In this document: positions 1-11,880 of the stretch, piece after piece | Layout of the letters: every line of letters begins with the position of its first letter | Position numbering within the stretch: the stretch's first letter is position 1 | DNA from: Octopus bimaculoides | Taxonomy: Eukaryota | Reading direction: 5' to 3' | DNA length: 38,761 bases | Assembly (NCBI RefSeq): GCF_001194135.2 | Contig: NC_068988.1 | Span: forward strand, 77,947,254 to 77,986,014 | Translations under genes and position numbers: made by a program | Notes under the pieces: generated by a model | What the model was told of the DNA's origin: nothing | The model's input: the letters and a program-made list of their open reading frames with translations, nothing else | The model's database searches: none

Positions 1-14
1 CATATATATATCAT

Positions 15-282
15 CTCTTTTACTCTTTTACTTGTTTCAGTCTTTTGACTGTGGCCATGCTGGAGCACCGCCTTTTAGTCGAGCAAATCGACCCCAGGAC
101 TTATTCTTTAGAAGCCTAGTACTTATTCTATCGATCTCTTTTGCTGAACCGCTAGATACGGGGACATAAACACACCAGCATCGGTTGTCGAGCGATGTTG
201 GGGGAACAAACACACACATACAAAGATACACGCACACATACATATATATATATATATATACATATATACGATGAGCTTCTTT
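15..282 (-). mobile_element. SINE family 1, 3' part; 5' part runs into the N-gap
   Basis: Reverse complement matches the 3' module and (AAAAGAGT)-type tail of the copies at 1346-1699 and 30809-31288. Confidence 0.85.
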
Positions 283-389
283 NNNNNNNNNNNNNNNNNN
301 NNNNNNNNNNNNNNNNNNNNNNNNNNNNNNNNNNNNNNNNNNNNNNNNNNNNNNNNNNNNNNNNNNNNNNNNNNNNNNNNNNACACACA

Positions 390-425
<36 letters not shown>

Positions 426-1345
426 CACACACTCTTACTATAGATAGTTAAAGAAAAGTTATCAGTCACTAATGAAATTTCACTAATAAAGATTAAAGCC
501 AGTCATTACAACATGAATGCATATATAAACAATATTAAACATTATTTCTCTGTAAATACCAACGAAACATTAAAGAGAAAAACCGCTAAGATAGAAGCTC
601 TTCTTCTTTTAACAAAGCTTGATTACATGGTTATTGAATTAAGCAATAAATAATGAGATTCCATTTAAAAAGGGGGTTTTTTTGTGAAGCAGGGTGTGCA
701 TAATATTGCTTTATGAGTCTCATTTTTTCAACAATAGTTATGATCTTTTGTTGCTTTCAGAAAGACACAAAAAGCAATAATGAGTTGAGAAACAGTGTGC
801 TGCAAAAAAAATCACCAAAGCATCACAAAACAAGCATAAAATGGGGGTGATGGTGATAGGAGTATTGGTAGTTGTGGTGGTGGTGATGGTGGATGCTAAT
901 ATGTATACTGACCATTTGGATCTCTCTCTACAATTATGTTTGTATTAACTACCCATGTATTGCCACAATATATATTTATATAGAAATCAGATTTGACTCC
1001 AAGTCATCAGCGTCACTCAGGCTCAACAGAGATTTCTTCACGTGAGCTCACCACAGATTTCGCATAAGACACATGGCTGCTCAAAGAATTACATATTTTT
1101 CCACAATATTTCTAGTTCCAAATGGTTTATTTTTTATATCTAGTATTATGTCTTTCTCCATTTCTAAATTAAGGGTAAAAATAAAGCAGCCCTTCAAAAC
1201 ACAACTGATCTTTACACACAGACTCACAAAATAACAGCAATCAAATAACGACAGCTGAATGCACAACACGCATCAGCAATCTGTTTGTCACCTGTATTCT
1301 TGACAAGAGATGCCATTTAGTTTTTACAGGCTCATTCATATTATA

Positions 1346-1699
1346 GGCGTAGGAGTGGCTGTGTGGTAAATAGTTTGCTTATGAACCACTGGTTCCAGGT
1401 TCAGTCCCACTGCATGGCACCTTGGGCAAGTGTCTTCTACTATAGCCTCGGAAACTGAAAGAAGCCCGTTGTATATATGTATAAATATATATATATATAT
1501 GTATGTGTGTGTATGTGTTTGTCCCCCCAACATCACTTGACAACTGATGCTGGTGTGTTTATGTCCCCGTAACTTAGTGGTTCGGCAAAAGAGAATGATA
1601 GAATAAGTACTAGGCTTACACTGGGATCGATTTGCTCGACTAAAAGCAGTGCTCCAGCATGGCTACAGTCAAATGACTGAAACAAGTAAAAGAGTAAAA
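1346..1699 (+). mobile_element. SINE family 1, near full length, tRNA-derived head
   Basis: A-box-like TGGCTGTGTGG at 1356-1366 and B-box-like GGTTCAGTCCC at 1398-1408; CCTTGGGCAAGT segment resembling the CORE-SINE motif; internal (TA)/(TG) microsatellite; tail AAGTAAAAGAGTAAAA. Multiple homologous copies in the window. Confidence 0.9.
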
Positions 1700-2440
1700 T
1701 AGTATTCTGAGTTGCTGGGTAATTTTCTGTTCCGTTAAGAATACTGTAGAACAGAAACTTTCAACAGATTGAAATTGAAATCCTAATCTCAATAGAAATT
1801 CATTCTTTCAAGAAAACATTGAATTTGAATTACTTTTAATTTTTACAATTATAGATAACAACTCGAGCTGTAACTTTTGAGCCCGAGACAGGGGCATGTG
1901 AATGATGTCAAGAGAACGTCTGCCACGAATGATATTTTTTGACACAAGGCACTTCTAAAATGACTGCCAGATGCTGAACGAAAATAAGTAAACGGCAACC
2001 ACACTCAAGAAAAGGAACCTGACTTATTGACTGCAATTACATACTTGAAGTCAGTGTTGGCAGAAATTAAATCAGCTTGCAAATACACATTCATTTCACT
2101 AAATTTATACTATTAATTTCGCTTTAGGTCTGCCTGTGCTGCTCGGCACATTGGGTAGCAAGCATCCACTATTGAATTTTGCCAGTTGCTACTCTTGCAC
2201 ATCCATTTCATGCAGTGTTAGCATTGAGTGTCAAACTAATACACCCTGTTTGTTGTTCCTCCACATGTCTCTGTCTTTTGTTCTTTGCATAACTTTGAAC
2301 CCTACATACATACATACATACGGTTTAGATATAGATTCAAGGCTTGAATATGGTACTTATGCGAAGGCACCCGAATATCACTTCCCAAAAGGATGGGTGA
2401 TTAAAATCAAACAATAAGCAACACGGATTTCAAAAGTGAT

Positions 2441-2529
2441 TGCAGTACGCACGTTTCATGCTACTTCAATTTATTTAAGTAATGTGAGCATTACCTTAAA
2501 TGCAATATGAAGAGCAATCTTCAGCTGCA
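2441..2529 (-). ncRNA. Type I hammerhead ribozyme motif with extended stem II (GUA site)
   Basis: Minus strand reads TGCAG-CTGAAGA-[stem II]-GAAA-CGTGCGTA-CTGCA. Stem I is 5 bp perfect; stem III is ACG/CGT with a TG loop; stem II has three helices but a U.U pair at its base. Confidence 0.8.
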
Positions 2530-3648
2530 CGAAAAAAATGTAGAAAAAAAGACATATTACAAATGTGGCAACATATTAAAACCAAGTGGGAGAGAGCAGA
2601 GGAAGAATATATAAGTCCATCTTGACATAGCAGGGTCTATCAGGCTACATACATATATACATACACACATACATACATATATACATACACACANNNNNNN
2701 NNNNNNNNNNNNNNNNNNNNNNNNNNNNNNNNNNNNNNNNNNNNNNNNNNNNNNNNNNNNNNNNNNNNNNNNNNNNNNNNNNNNNNNNNNNNNNNNNNNN
2801 NNNNNNNNNNNNNNNNNNNNNNNNNNNNNNNNNNNNNNNNNNNNNNNNNNNNNNNNNNNNNNNNNNNNNNNNNNNNNNNNNNNNNNNNNNNNNNNNNNNN
2901 NNNNNNNNNNNNNNNNNNNNNNNNNNNNNNNNNNNNNNNNNNNNNNNNNNNNNNNNNNNNNNNNNNNNNNNNNNNNNNNNNNNNNNNNNNNNNNNNNNNN
3001 NNNNNNNNNNNNNNNNNNNNNNNNNNNNNNNNNNNNNNNNNNNNNNNNNNNNNNNNNNNNNNNNNNNNNNNNNNNNNNNNNNNNNNNNNNNNNNNNNNNN
3101 NNNNNNNNNNNNNNNNNNNNNNNNNNNNNNNNNNNNNNNNNNNNNNNNNNNNNNNNNNNNNNNNNNNNNNNNNNNNNNNNNNNNNNNNNNNNNNNNNNNN
3201 NNNNNNNNNNNNNNNNNNNNNNNNNNNNNNNNNNNNNNNNNNNNNNNNNNNNNNNNNNNNNNNNNNNNNNNNNNNNNNNNNNNNNNNNNNNNNNNNNNNN
3301 NNNNNNNNNNNNNNNNNNNNNNNNNNNNNNNNNNNNNNNNNNNNNNNNNNNNNNNNNNNNNNNNNNNNNNNNNNNNNNNNNNNNNNNNNNNNNNNNNNNN
3401 NNNNNNNNNNNNNNNNNNNNNNNNNNNNNNNNNNNNNNNNNNNNNNNNNNNNNNNNNNNNNNNNNNNNNNNNNNNNNNNNCGATACACCATAAAGCTAAA
3501 CCCTTTATGGACAGAAAACTTAGGGTAATCCCATAAACTAGCCTTCCGCAGTAAAATATATACTGCCCTACATCTTAGAGTCTGTTTCTTCTCCGGATTT
3601 GTGTTTTCTACAAATGATATATATATATATATATATATATGGTGTGTA

Positions 3649-3696
<48 letters not shown>

Positions 3697-3699
3697 CAC

Positions 3700-4110
3700 A
3701 CGTGAAAGCAGAAGACTCAAGAAGACATGGGATGAAGTACTAAATAATGACCTCGGGATGCTGAACCTTTCAGGCAAGATGACAAAGAACCGAGATGCCT
3801 GGTGCCTTGTTGTATTCAAGAAAACCTGTTACGCTACAGCAGAATTGTTAAGACCTCTCACTCTGGGGGTGTAAAGTACTCTTGGTGGTGCCATATAAAA
3901 GTGCTCATGCAGTGCCACATAAAACGCCCATGTAGGGCCATGTAAAAGCACCTAGCACACTCTGTAAAGTGGTTGGTGTTAGAAAGCCACATCCAAACAG
4001 ACAAGCTTGTATAATGCAGTTTTTTGATTAATTGGATCCTGTTGAGCCATCCAGCCCAAGGTAGCATAGACAACAGACATTAAATGATGAGGAAGATGAT
4101 GATGATGATG
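3700..4110 (+). mobile_element. 3' end of an RTE-type LINE (ORF C-terminus, 3' UTR, (GAT)n tail)
   Basis: Translation RRLKKTWDEVLNNDLGMLNLSGKMTKNRDAW resembles the RTE C-terminal RGRPxKTW...DRxxW motif; ~21-bp degenerate tandem units at 3886-3955; ends in GATGATGATGATG. Confidence 0.65.
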
Positions 4111-5149
4111 CATATGTTTAATACATATGTATATGTATGTGTGCTTATTGCATCAAAAGTTGACCATTTTATTCAGTGTTTTGCCTCTGGGCTGAACCCA
4201 TTTGTTGTGAACAACTCTGGCCAGGGTAAAACCTGAGTAGGTGGTTAGTTTGCACATAATAAACATATCTTTCCACTCTACCCAGTTTATTGACTTCTAA
4301 ATCGCTTATTGTTCGAACTAAATAAAATATTTTTTCAATACAACTCTACACACAGACATACACACACACATACACACACACACACATTGAGAGAGTAGTA
4401 TTTTCTTTATATTCTTAGTCATACAGAGCTCACATGTTAGAAGCATGTAGAGTCTTATATGAGTGTGTATGTGTGTGGTGGGGGGAGCAGAAATATATTT
4501 CATCGAACTTAAATATTTGACCACACTGACTTCACATTTAACTGTCTTCATTAGAGAGATTAAAATAACCTTAATCACACCAATAATTGCACTAAACCTC
4601 TTGCTCTGATGTTATAATCCTGTTTTACCTACATAAAGTTATGTAATTTTATGTGAGTGTGTGTTATCACGTGCTTGTATATGCCTGTGAGTGAGTATAT
4701 GTCTGGCATAGTCATCTTTAATGAAATACATACAGCCATACACTAAAGTAATTTTACAATTATAACCTTTATATAGAACATTTAAGATCAAGTCAAATGA
4801 GAAGATCAAGATTTTGAAAATAACCTCACAATTACTCTAGAGGAGATTGTGTAATATTTCCTTACATTGGGTTATTTGTTATGTTTATTAATTATTTCAT
4901 ATTTATTGCTTCACTGTAAATTTTCCTTGTATACTAATTACTGATTGACCAACTTCATCTGACTTAACTTAGATGTTTATTGATATATAGTACGTCAGAA
5001 ACAGAATGCATGTCTCTAACAGTACCAAAATAAAATTCAAATATCACAGAAATTACAATTGAAATTACAATCCTCCACTTGTTAGATTTACCGTACTCTC
5101 TCTAGGTATTGGTTCATAATGTGCTGTTGAAAATTTTCTGAATCAACTG

Positions 5150-5520
5150 TTTAATCCTGCAATGATTCTGTTGCAAAACAGAAATGAATGATAATAGAAG
5201 GGATCAGTGTGCTCTCTTCTGTATTACAGAGTTCCTCACTTCTTCAAAATGAATGTCAATAAGGTTAGCAAATACTTGTGATATCATGTATTTCAGGACT
5301 GGCCGGATGAAATAGTCCCTACCAAACAATGTTTCTGGGAATAATATCAGGTTTGATATTAGTTTTATATTTCATCAACTACTGCAATAATTCACTGAAG
5401 ATTGTTTAAATTTCTGGAGATTTGTATGAGACCTTGACATAAAAATTCCTACAAGTATTAAACATATAATCTCTGCACCTCTTGAGTCTACTGCCCACAT
5501 GTATATATTAGAGAATATAC
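5150..5520 (-). mobile_element. Highly decayed LINE (RTE-like) RT C-terminal remnant
   Basis: Minus-strand peptide PETLFGRDYFIRPVLKY resembles the RTE motif (K..LY.T.IRPVL.YG); many stops; short match only. Confidence 0.35.
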
Positions 5521-5744
5521 AAGCAAAAGAAACAGTGTTTAAACTTTCTCTTGTTTAAGTACCAGCTCAAAAACCACACTCTGTGTGGACTTCTAAGCTA
5601 GCTCCTACAGAAGGCTAATTGGGCCTGTGGCCCAAAACTAAAGAGAACAATAGTAATAAAGCATTTATTGGTACCCTACCATCTCAGATTTATATCACAA
5701 AGTATCACATTTGGAGAATTTTGTACCACTGTGACATTTGGACA

Positions 5745-6600
5745 TCACTGTGAAGCAGCAGGATAAACAACATTCTTGATTTTACCATTTGGTATGAGTG
5801 TGAAGAGATTATTGCCATTTCCAACTCTGGAACAACCAACATAGAGCTGAGCATGGGAAAAGCACTTGCCATATGAGGTGAAGTCCAACAATTTTCTGTG
5901 ATTGTTCTGGACTCTTGTTAATTGACATTGGAAACTAACTCATACTAGAAATTGAAGTCTCTTGAATTCAAAGGGCATGTCTGCTGGAATCAATAGAATT
6001 CTAGGAATAAATACATTTTCTCCCTTTCCTTGTCCAGTGAGCATTGTTGCTTCCAAAAGATGTAGATGCATTTGCCTGACAATCAGTCTTGCCCCATTGC
6101 ACAACTTTGGAGGATCCAGATTTCTCAAAAACATAATTGGAACTCCTTTCTTTAATGTCAGTTTATGAGAAGGCATTACAGGAGGATCCAAAGAGTTAAG
6201 AAGCTCCAGTAAAATAATTCACAGCTTCATTGGGGTCTACAACAGTATAAACTGAAGAATAATTTTTTCCCTCGGTATTGACAGCCTGGACAGTTTCATT
6301 GACAGCCTGGACAGTTTCATTGATAGCTTGGACAGTTTCATTGACAGCCTGGACAATTTCATTCTTTGGTGCAAGTATTGCTCTTTCACAAAGCCAATCA
6401 TGATCTTGAAAATTATGTCCGGTGTTTGGGTAAACCTTGGTAATCAACTCTTGTACAATTTTGACCAAAATGCCACAGCCATTGGAAAAGTGATATCTCT
6501 ATTACTGTCTTTCTGAATGCCTTCCCAAATCCAGTAGTTGAACTGCAAATCTTCCAGCATCCAAATCTCTGAATAAACTGACTCCATCAAAAGTTCAATC
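5745..6600 (-). pseudogene. Helitron RepHel PIF1-family helicase C-terminal fragment (frameshifted)
   Basis: Motifs [66 protein letters not shown] and KNVVYP, ending at TGA 5745-5747. Confidence 0.9.
6278..6361. repeat. 21-bp tandem repeat x4 inside the helicase remnant
   Basis: Unit ~TTGACAGCCTGGACAGTTTCA repeated about four times; encodes VQAVNET in frame on the minus strand. Confidence 0.9.
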
Positions 6601-7139
6601 TGGCTAGAGGTCCAATCAGGCTGAAAGTCCGATTAGTGCCCAAAGTCCAATTTGGGCCAAAAGTTCAAGTTCCTCAATACTTCCTAACAAGCGTCTCAAT
6701 TCATAAATTCTGCAGAACTTCAAAAGCTCACAAACAAGAAACCTCTCATTCAAGTTTGAATCTAGTTTTAAATGAAATGAATTGAAAATATTTTTAAATT
6801 CACAAAGTTTTGGTATTACCTTAAATTCTGTTTAAATGAAAACTTTTAAGTTCATAAATTTTTGGAGTTCTTTTAAAATTCGAATTTTCAACTGTTAGCA
6901 TATAACAGATCCTCATCCAGACTTGATCACAATGCTGGATGTTCAAGAACCAAATGGAGGGCAGATTTTCAATCTCAGGATCATCCTGATCCCAAAAAGG
7001 TATAATATGTCTATACAGAGCAAACATAGACCGAGATACAGGGGTCCTGGGCAGACGGGCAGACAGAATTTCATGTTTGTTATAAAAGATGCAAAACATT
7101 GAAGTTACACAGTATAAACATGGACATGTTCCCAAACAG

Positions 7140-7237
7140 ACACATGCACACACGCACACATGCACGCACACACACACACACACGCACGCACACGCACACA
7201 CACACGCACACGCACACACACACACACACGCACACAC
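7140..7237. repeat. (CA)n/(CACG) microsatellite
   Basis: Direct reading. Confidence 0.95.
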
Positions 7238-7649
7238 TCCAAAATTGAACGTTTGAAGGTAAAGCAAAGAATCTACATTTTTTTTCCCAAATGTAGCCAT
7301 CTGTACAAATGTTCAGAACTACATTTCATCAAACAATTCTCCCAGGAATTGAATGTTTGAAAGAAAAGCAGAGGCAGTACATTTTGTATTCTAGATATAA
7401 CTCAAAGTAGAGAAAAAGAAAGAGGAAAAAAGAAGGAAAGAGGAGAAAAAGCGAAAAAGAAAGAAAAGGAAAAAAGAAAGAAGGGAAATAAAGCAAAAAG
7501 ACTTTCAGGGATAACCACACCACACCTGTTTTTTTATTTTTTCTTGAAGAGGTTACCATCCTTAAACTCATTCTAATACAATGGTAAATGACTAAATAAA
7601 TAAATGAATGGTGAATAGGAAGGGGGATCCCCCTTCTCCTCTCTCTACC

Positions 7650-7760
7650 TATCTAACTGTCTGACTATCTATCTATCTATCTATCTACCTACATACCTAC
7701 CTACCTACCTGTTTATCTATTTATCTGTCTGTCTATCTACCTACGTATCTTTCTATCTAT
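7650..7760. repeat. (CTAT)n/(CTAC)n compound microsatellite
   Basis: Direct reading. Confidence 0.9.
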
Positions 7761-8293
7761 CATTCTCCATTGTCATGGAACCTCCCCCAAAAGAAAGAAA
7801 AACAATGTTCTCCTCTTCCAAACAACCCCCCCCCACAAAAAAAAACATCTGTTTTATATAAATGAACAAGCTGTTTGTACATTCACAAAATTCTATTTGA
7901 CAAGTTTGAGAAACAAACGAAGGCACTAATAATAATGAATAAATAAAAATAAATTTTTCCAAAATTCTGGCGACCTTTTTTCCTACACCTTTAATCTTTA
8001 TTCCTATTCACCTATCACACTATATTTCCCCACTTTTAGTTTCCTGCTAATTTCTTCTTCCTCCTTCTCTTTCTATAAATTGCTTTAGATGTTATATCTA
8101 TTAACGTTTTTTTTTGTTAAAATAACTTACCNNNNNNNNNNNNNNNNNNNNNNNNNNNNNNNNNNNNNNNNNNNNNNNNNNNNNNNNNNNNNNNNNNNNN
8201 NNNNNNNNNNNNNNNNNNNNNNNNNNNNNNNNNNNNNNNNNNNNNNNNCACATCCGGTTAAAATGGCTTATTGATATCTTTTGTTTCTCTTTC

Positions 8294-8371
8294 TTTCCCT
8301 GATGAGAAGATTGCATCGTTTTATTCCTTCTGGAATAATACCAATGTTTTCTTTGAAACATATGTCAGAAG
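8294..8371 (+). ncRNA. Type I hammerhead ribozyme motif (GUC site) upstream of the PLE ORF
   Basis: CTGATGA 8299-8305; stem II GAAGA/TCTTT with inner hairpin TTATTCC/GGAATAA; GAAA 8355-8358; palindromic stem III ACATATGT; GTC 8364-8366; stem I 4 bp with a C.A mismatch at the first pair. Confidence 0.8.
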
Positions 8372-8603
8372 TATAAAGATTTGAATAACACCTGCGTTAT
8401 ACAAAAATATTTCACCAAAACCTGGAATTTCTACCTTTATAAGTAGGCTGTTATATCCTTGGTACCTATGTAAATTTTTGCTCTCCTGGTTACTATTTAT
8501 TTATCTTTTCCATGTTATTTGTAAACATTGAAAAAATATACATACATTTATATACACTTCAACCATGTTTCAATATAACCTGCAAATAAATTAGTTACCA
8601 CAT

Positions 8604-9345
8604 ATGGAATTATTTGATATAAACACATCTCTTAAGGATATACCCATTCCCTCAAGAAAGGTTTTCCTTAAGCAACTCATTAGTAAGACAAACTCCTTTA
8701 TTAACCATATTAGATGGCTTGCTTTCTTCTTCGACAATAAGGACATTAAACAGCCCTCTAACGATCTAATTTCTGAATTCAAGAAATTGTTTAAATCTAA
8801 AAACAATCCTCCACCTAACCCAAGACTGAAACAGGTTAAAGACTCTGGTCTATTGTGAGGAATGTGAAATTCCATCATTCACCTTTAAGGAATAAACATT
8901 TGAGGTATCTTCACAATATCACCAAAGAAATTCATACCACGGATGGGATACTGGTTCAATTGGATAAAACAGGAAATTTATACAGACTTAACAAGGATTA
9001 TTACCTAGAATTGCTTAGAAAAAATACAAAAGAATTATAGGATTACTGGTAATCCTATAATGTGCAATCAGGAAAGCCAGCCATGAGGCTAAGAAAACTA
9101 TGGGGAAATATGACTTACAGGTGAAGACTGAACCCCTTGATCCTAAACAACCTCGTTTTATTTTAGAAGATCACAGACAAAAATTTTTTAATAACCCAAC
9201 CTTATGATTTATTTGTCCTTCTAGCTCTGATATTGGTGTACTTAGCAAAAATATTCTAGACAAGTTACCCTAGTTAAAAGATTAAAGTTATGGTCTAATT
9301 TGTTTCAAGTGGTTGTCTGGTTTAATTCTATTAATAACAAGATGT
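8604..9345 (+). pseudogene. Penelope-like element ORF, N-terminal region and start of RT (disrupted)
   Basis: SLKDIPIPS...INHIRWLAFFF, LVQLDKTGNLYRL, FILEDHRQKFFNNPT.FICPSSSDIG.LSK.ILDK and WSN...VVVWFNSI resemble PLE RT N-terminal motifs (SLKNIP, MRWKAFF, ADKT.N.Y, LKDHK.NF..NP.CRLINP.KS..G). Contains stops and frameshifts. Confidence 0.75.
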
Positions 9346-9569
9346 GTTTTGCTACAGGCGCCATTGTAAGATGCATTTTCATCCACCCCTAGATACCTGT
9401 AACATTAATCATTCGGTTATAAGGGTGTGTACGGTATGGTATGTATGTATGTATGTATGTATGATTTTTCTATAAGTGTAATTTAAGTGCTTCTTGAGAG
9501 AGTTCAAGCTGGTTGCTAACAAAGTGACAAGACTTTTTCAGTTAAGAGTATTCCTGGTGTTTGTGGTTG

Positions 9570-10455
9570 AGTTTGAGTGCTGGTTGAACTGTCACTGCAC
9601 ACACCCAGGTACATGTACCTATTCTTCCTGTCTATGGTGTTGCTGCATTCTAGCTTACAAGATATGTACCCAAGCAATGCTTTTTGTTGGTATGATGCTT
9701 GCTTCTCCTCCAAGCTTCTGTTTAGGTAGACAAGTCTAGCCTCCTTTGGGTTGCATGAGACAGTTCTAATCTCAGAATACTTGCACTGTAGTTCTTCTCC
9801 AACTCTGAAGTTGTTGCTGCTCTCACTTTTGAGTATGCATAGAATTTACTGATTTCTTTCTTTACTGTTCAGCAGCTGTTGTCTGAGTGATACAATGTGA
9901 TATTCAAAGGCTGCCTGGACTGACATTATGCCTCTACTGCTATCACTTTGTCTCACATAAATCCTATCAGTGTCATTGTTAATGTGGAAGTTAACAGCTG
10001 TGGTCAGGAGCTTTCTGGTTCTGATTTTCAGGCTGCATATCTCATTGAGTGTCCAGTCCAATATTTAAAATGTTGGTACTAGCAATGGAACTGCAAAAGC
10101 ATTGTGAGATATAGTCTTCTTAAATGCAAACAGATCTAAATGCCATATTTTCCAGATTCTACAAAAGCACTCTTTTGTTATTCTGAATTTAGTCACAGCA
10201 CCAATGGATGCAACACATTCATCAATTCCGAGATACTTGTAGCTTTCGTCATCAGAGATAAGGGAGATAGACAAGCCATTGATGTACTTGTTCTCTGTTT
10301 GGTTTACGATCTTTCCTTGGTTGACTATCATGTATGGGCATTTATCTTACCCAAATTCCAATCCTATATCTTGTCAGAATGTTCAAACTAATTCTAATTG
10401 TCTCATGGCGTTGGTCATATTATCAGAATATAATTTTAGGTCACCAACAAAAACT
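9570..10455 (-). mobile_element. R4/Dong-clade non-LTR retrotransposon fragment (RT core to thumb region)
   Basis: FVGDLKLYS, DIGLEFG, ESYKYLGIDE, KTISHNAFAVP, WTLNEI...IRTRKLLT, DRIYV....RGI; homologous in motif order to the 25540-28115 element. Confidence 0.8.
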
Positions 10456-10456
10456 T

Positions 10457-10890
10457 GTTGTGAGGAACTCATCGACCAAATTTTCTGGCTTTTCTGATAG
10501 AATACAGGTATTGATGAGTGGATGAATGACCAAATCCAAGCTTTTCTGCTAGTTCCTCAACAGTTACAACGAGATTTTGTTCTACCAGGGTTTGCAGGAC
10601 AACCTTGTTGAGCTCTACAGATCTTCCAGAACAAGGCTCATCTTCCAGGTTGTAGTTTCTGGCTTGGTTGATACTGGCTTATGCTTATTGTCCGATTCCC
10701 ATATATTGCATTTATATTCCTCACACTTTCCATTGTGTTGTTGCCTTTATTGAACTCATAAAGCAAGATATGCCAAATATGCTCCTTTACCACCTCCATT
10801 ATAGCTTTGAAAAAATTACTGTTAAGATCGAACAGCACTCTTCAAAACTTGCACTAAGAATAAGTACAAGGTAAAATTACTACCTGCTTT
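10457..10890 (-). mobile_element. Mariner (Tc1/mariner) transposon 5' fragment
   Basis: ATG at 10799; MEVVKEHIWHILLYEFNKGNN...RNINAIYG, then after frameshifts LQTLVEQN.VVTVEELAEKLGFGHSSI and the WVPH-like motif at ~10460-10470. Confidence 0.85.
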
Positions 10891-11880
10891 TATAGCAAGT
10901 TGATGCAGGTAGTTTATCCCACCCCACTCCAGCTTTTAATTCATGCAATTGAAAAAACTGCATTATTTATGGGATGACCCAATATATATTAGAAAAAATA
11001 ATTTTCTTTCTACGTATTTTTTGCTATATATATGTATATATATATATATNNNNNNNNNNNNNNNNNNNNNNNNNNNNNNNNNNNNNNNNNNNNNNNNNNN
11101 NNNNNNNNNNNNNNNNNNNNNNNNNNNNNNNNATATATAATACACACAAACACATACACACACACACACACACGCACACACACACACACATACACACACA
11201 CACACATATACTGTGTATATCAGCAAAATTTCTAAATTTTAGATTCAGCTTTGAACCTTTGTATCTCAGGTATGCTTAAGGATAACTTAATGGAATTATC
11301 AGAGGGTTTTTTTCAACACTATCGAACTCTACTTTGGGCAAGAAAAATTGTTGATTACTCTCCAAGCTTACCAGAAGAATCATGATGAAGTTGACATTGT
11401 CAAAAATACAAAAACATACATATTTATACATACGAAAATGTACTACTTCTTTAAATCCCATACCGTAATTTACTGTTGATTAAAAGTCTTTTCCTTTTAT
11501 TTCTTTCAATTTAAAGAAAAAATTTAATTTTGAAAAAATTGTACTGCGGAATTGTTGAACGCACATACATGCACACATGCATGCAGTACACACGCACACA
11601 CACACAATTTGGAGGAACTAAAAATGATACAGTAGTGCTGTGGCCTTGGTCACCTTAGGATGCACATATACACAGGTATTGCTGACTCATATTAATACAA
11701 TATTGCATATAATTTATATAACATACAATGATTAGCAGTTGATAATGATACATTGAAACAATTGTAGTCATTAGTAATAAAACCTGTTCAATACTTCTTG
11801 TATCATAATTTGCATATATATGTATCTATATATATATGTGTGTGTGTTTGTGTGTGTGTGTGTGCGTGTGTGTGTGTATA

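Larger units (their letters stand above)
5598..7089 (-). mobile_element. Internally deleted Helitron retaining the PIF1-helicase C-terminus
   Basis: Candidate 5' end A|TCTTTTATAAC at 7089. Candidate 3' end is hairpin TTGGGCC-ACA-GGCCCAA (5619-5635) then CTAG (5598-5601), but the flanking base is C rather than the canonical T. Helicase coding remnant lies inside. Confidence 0.55.

Noticed and set aside
1004-1010. CTGATGA on the minus strand
   Set aside because: No downstream GAAA/NUH with pairing helices.
1346-1420. tRNA gene
   Set aside because: A/B boxes are present but there is no cloverleaf; this is the SINE head, repeated several times in the window.
2130-2300. Minus-strand TKDRDMWR peptide suggesting a LINE 3' end
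   Set aside because: Single short motif; insufficient support.
4170-4240. Possible micro-exon (CFASGLNPFVVNNSGQG) between AG and GT
   Set aside because: No homology recognised and such sites occur by chance at this density.
6278-6361. CRISPR-like array (also considered for 18347-18485)
   Set aside because: Tandem units without unique spacers, in eukaryotic repeat DNA with no cas genes.
10244-10255. Minus-strand CTGATGA-C-GAAA hammerhead-like core
   Set aside because: Only one base between the boxes, so no stem II; it is coding sequence (SDDESY) of the R4 fragment.
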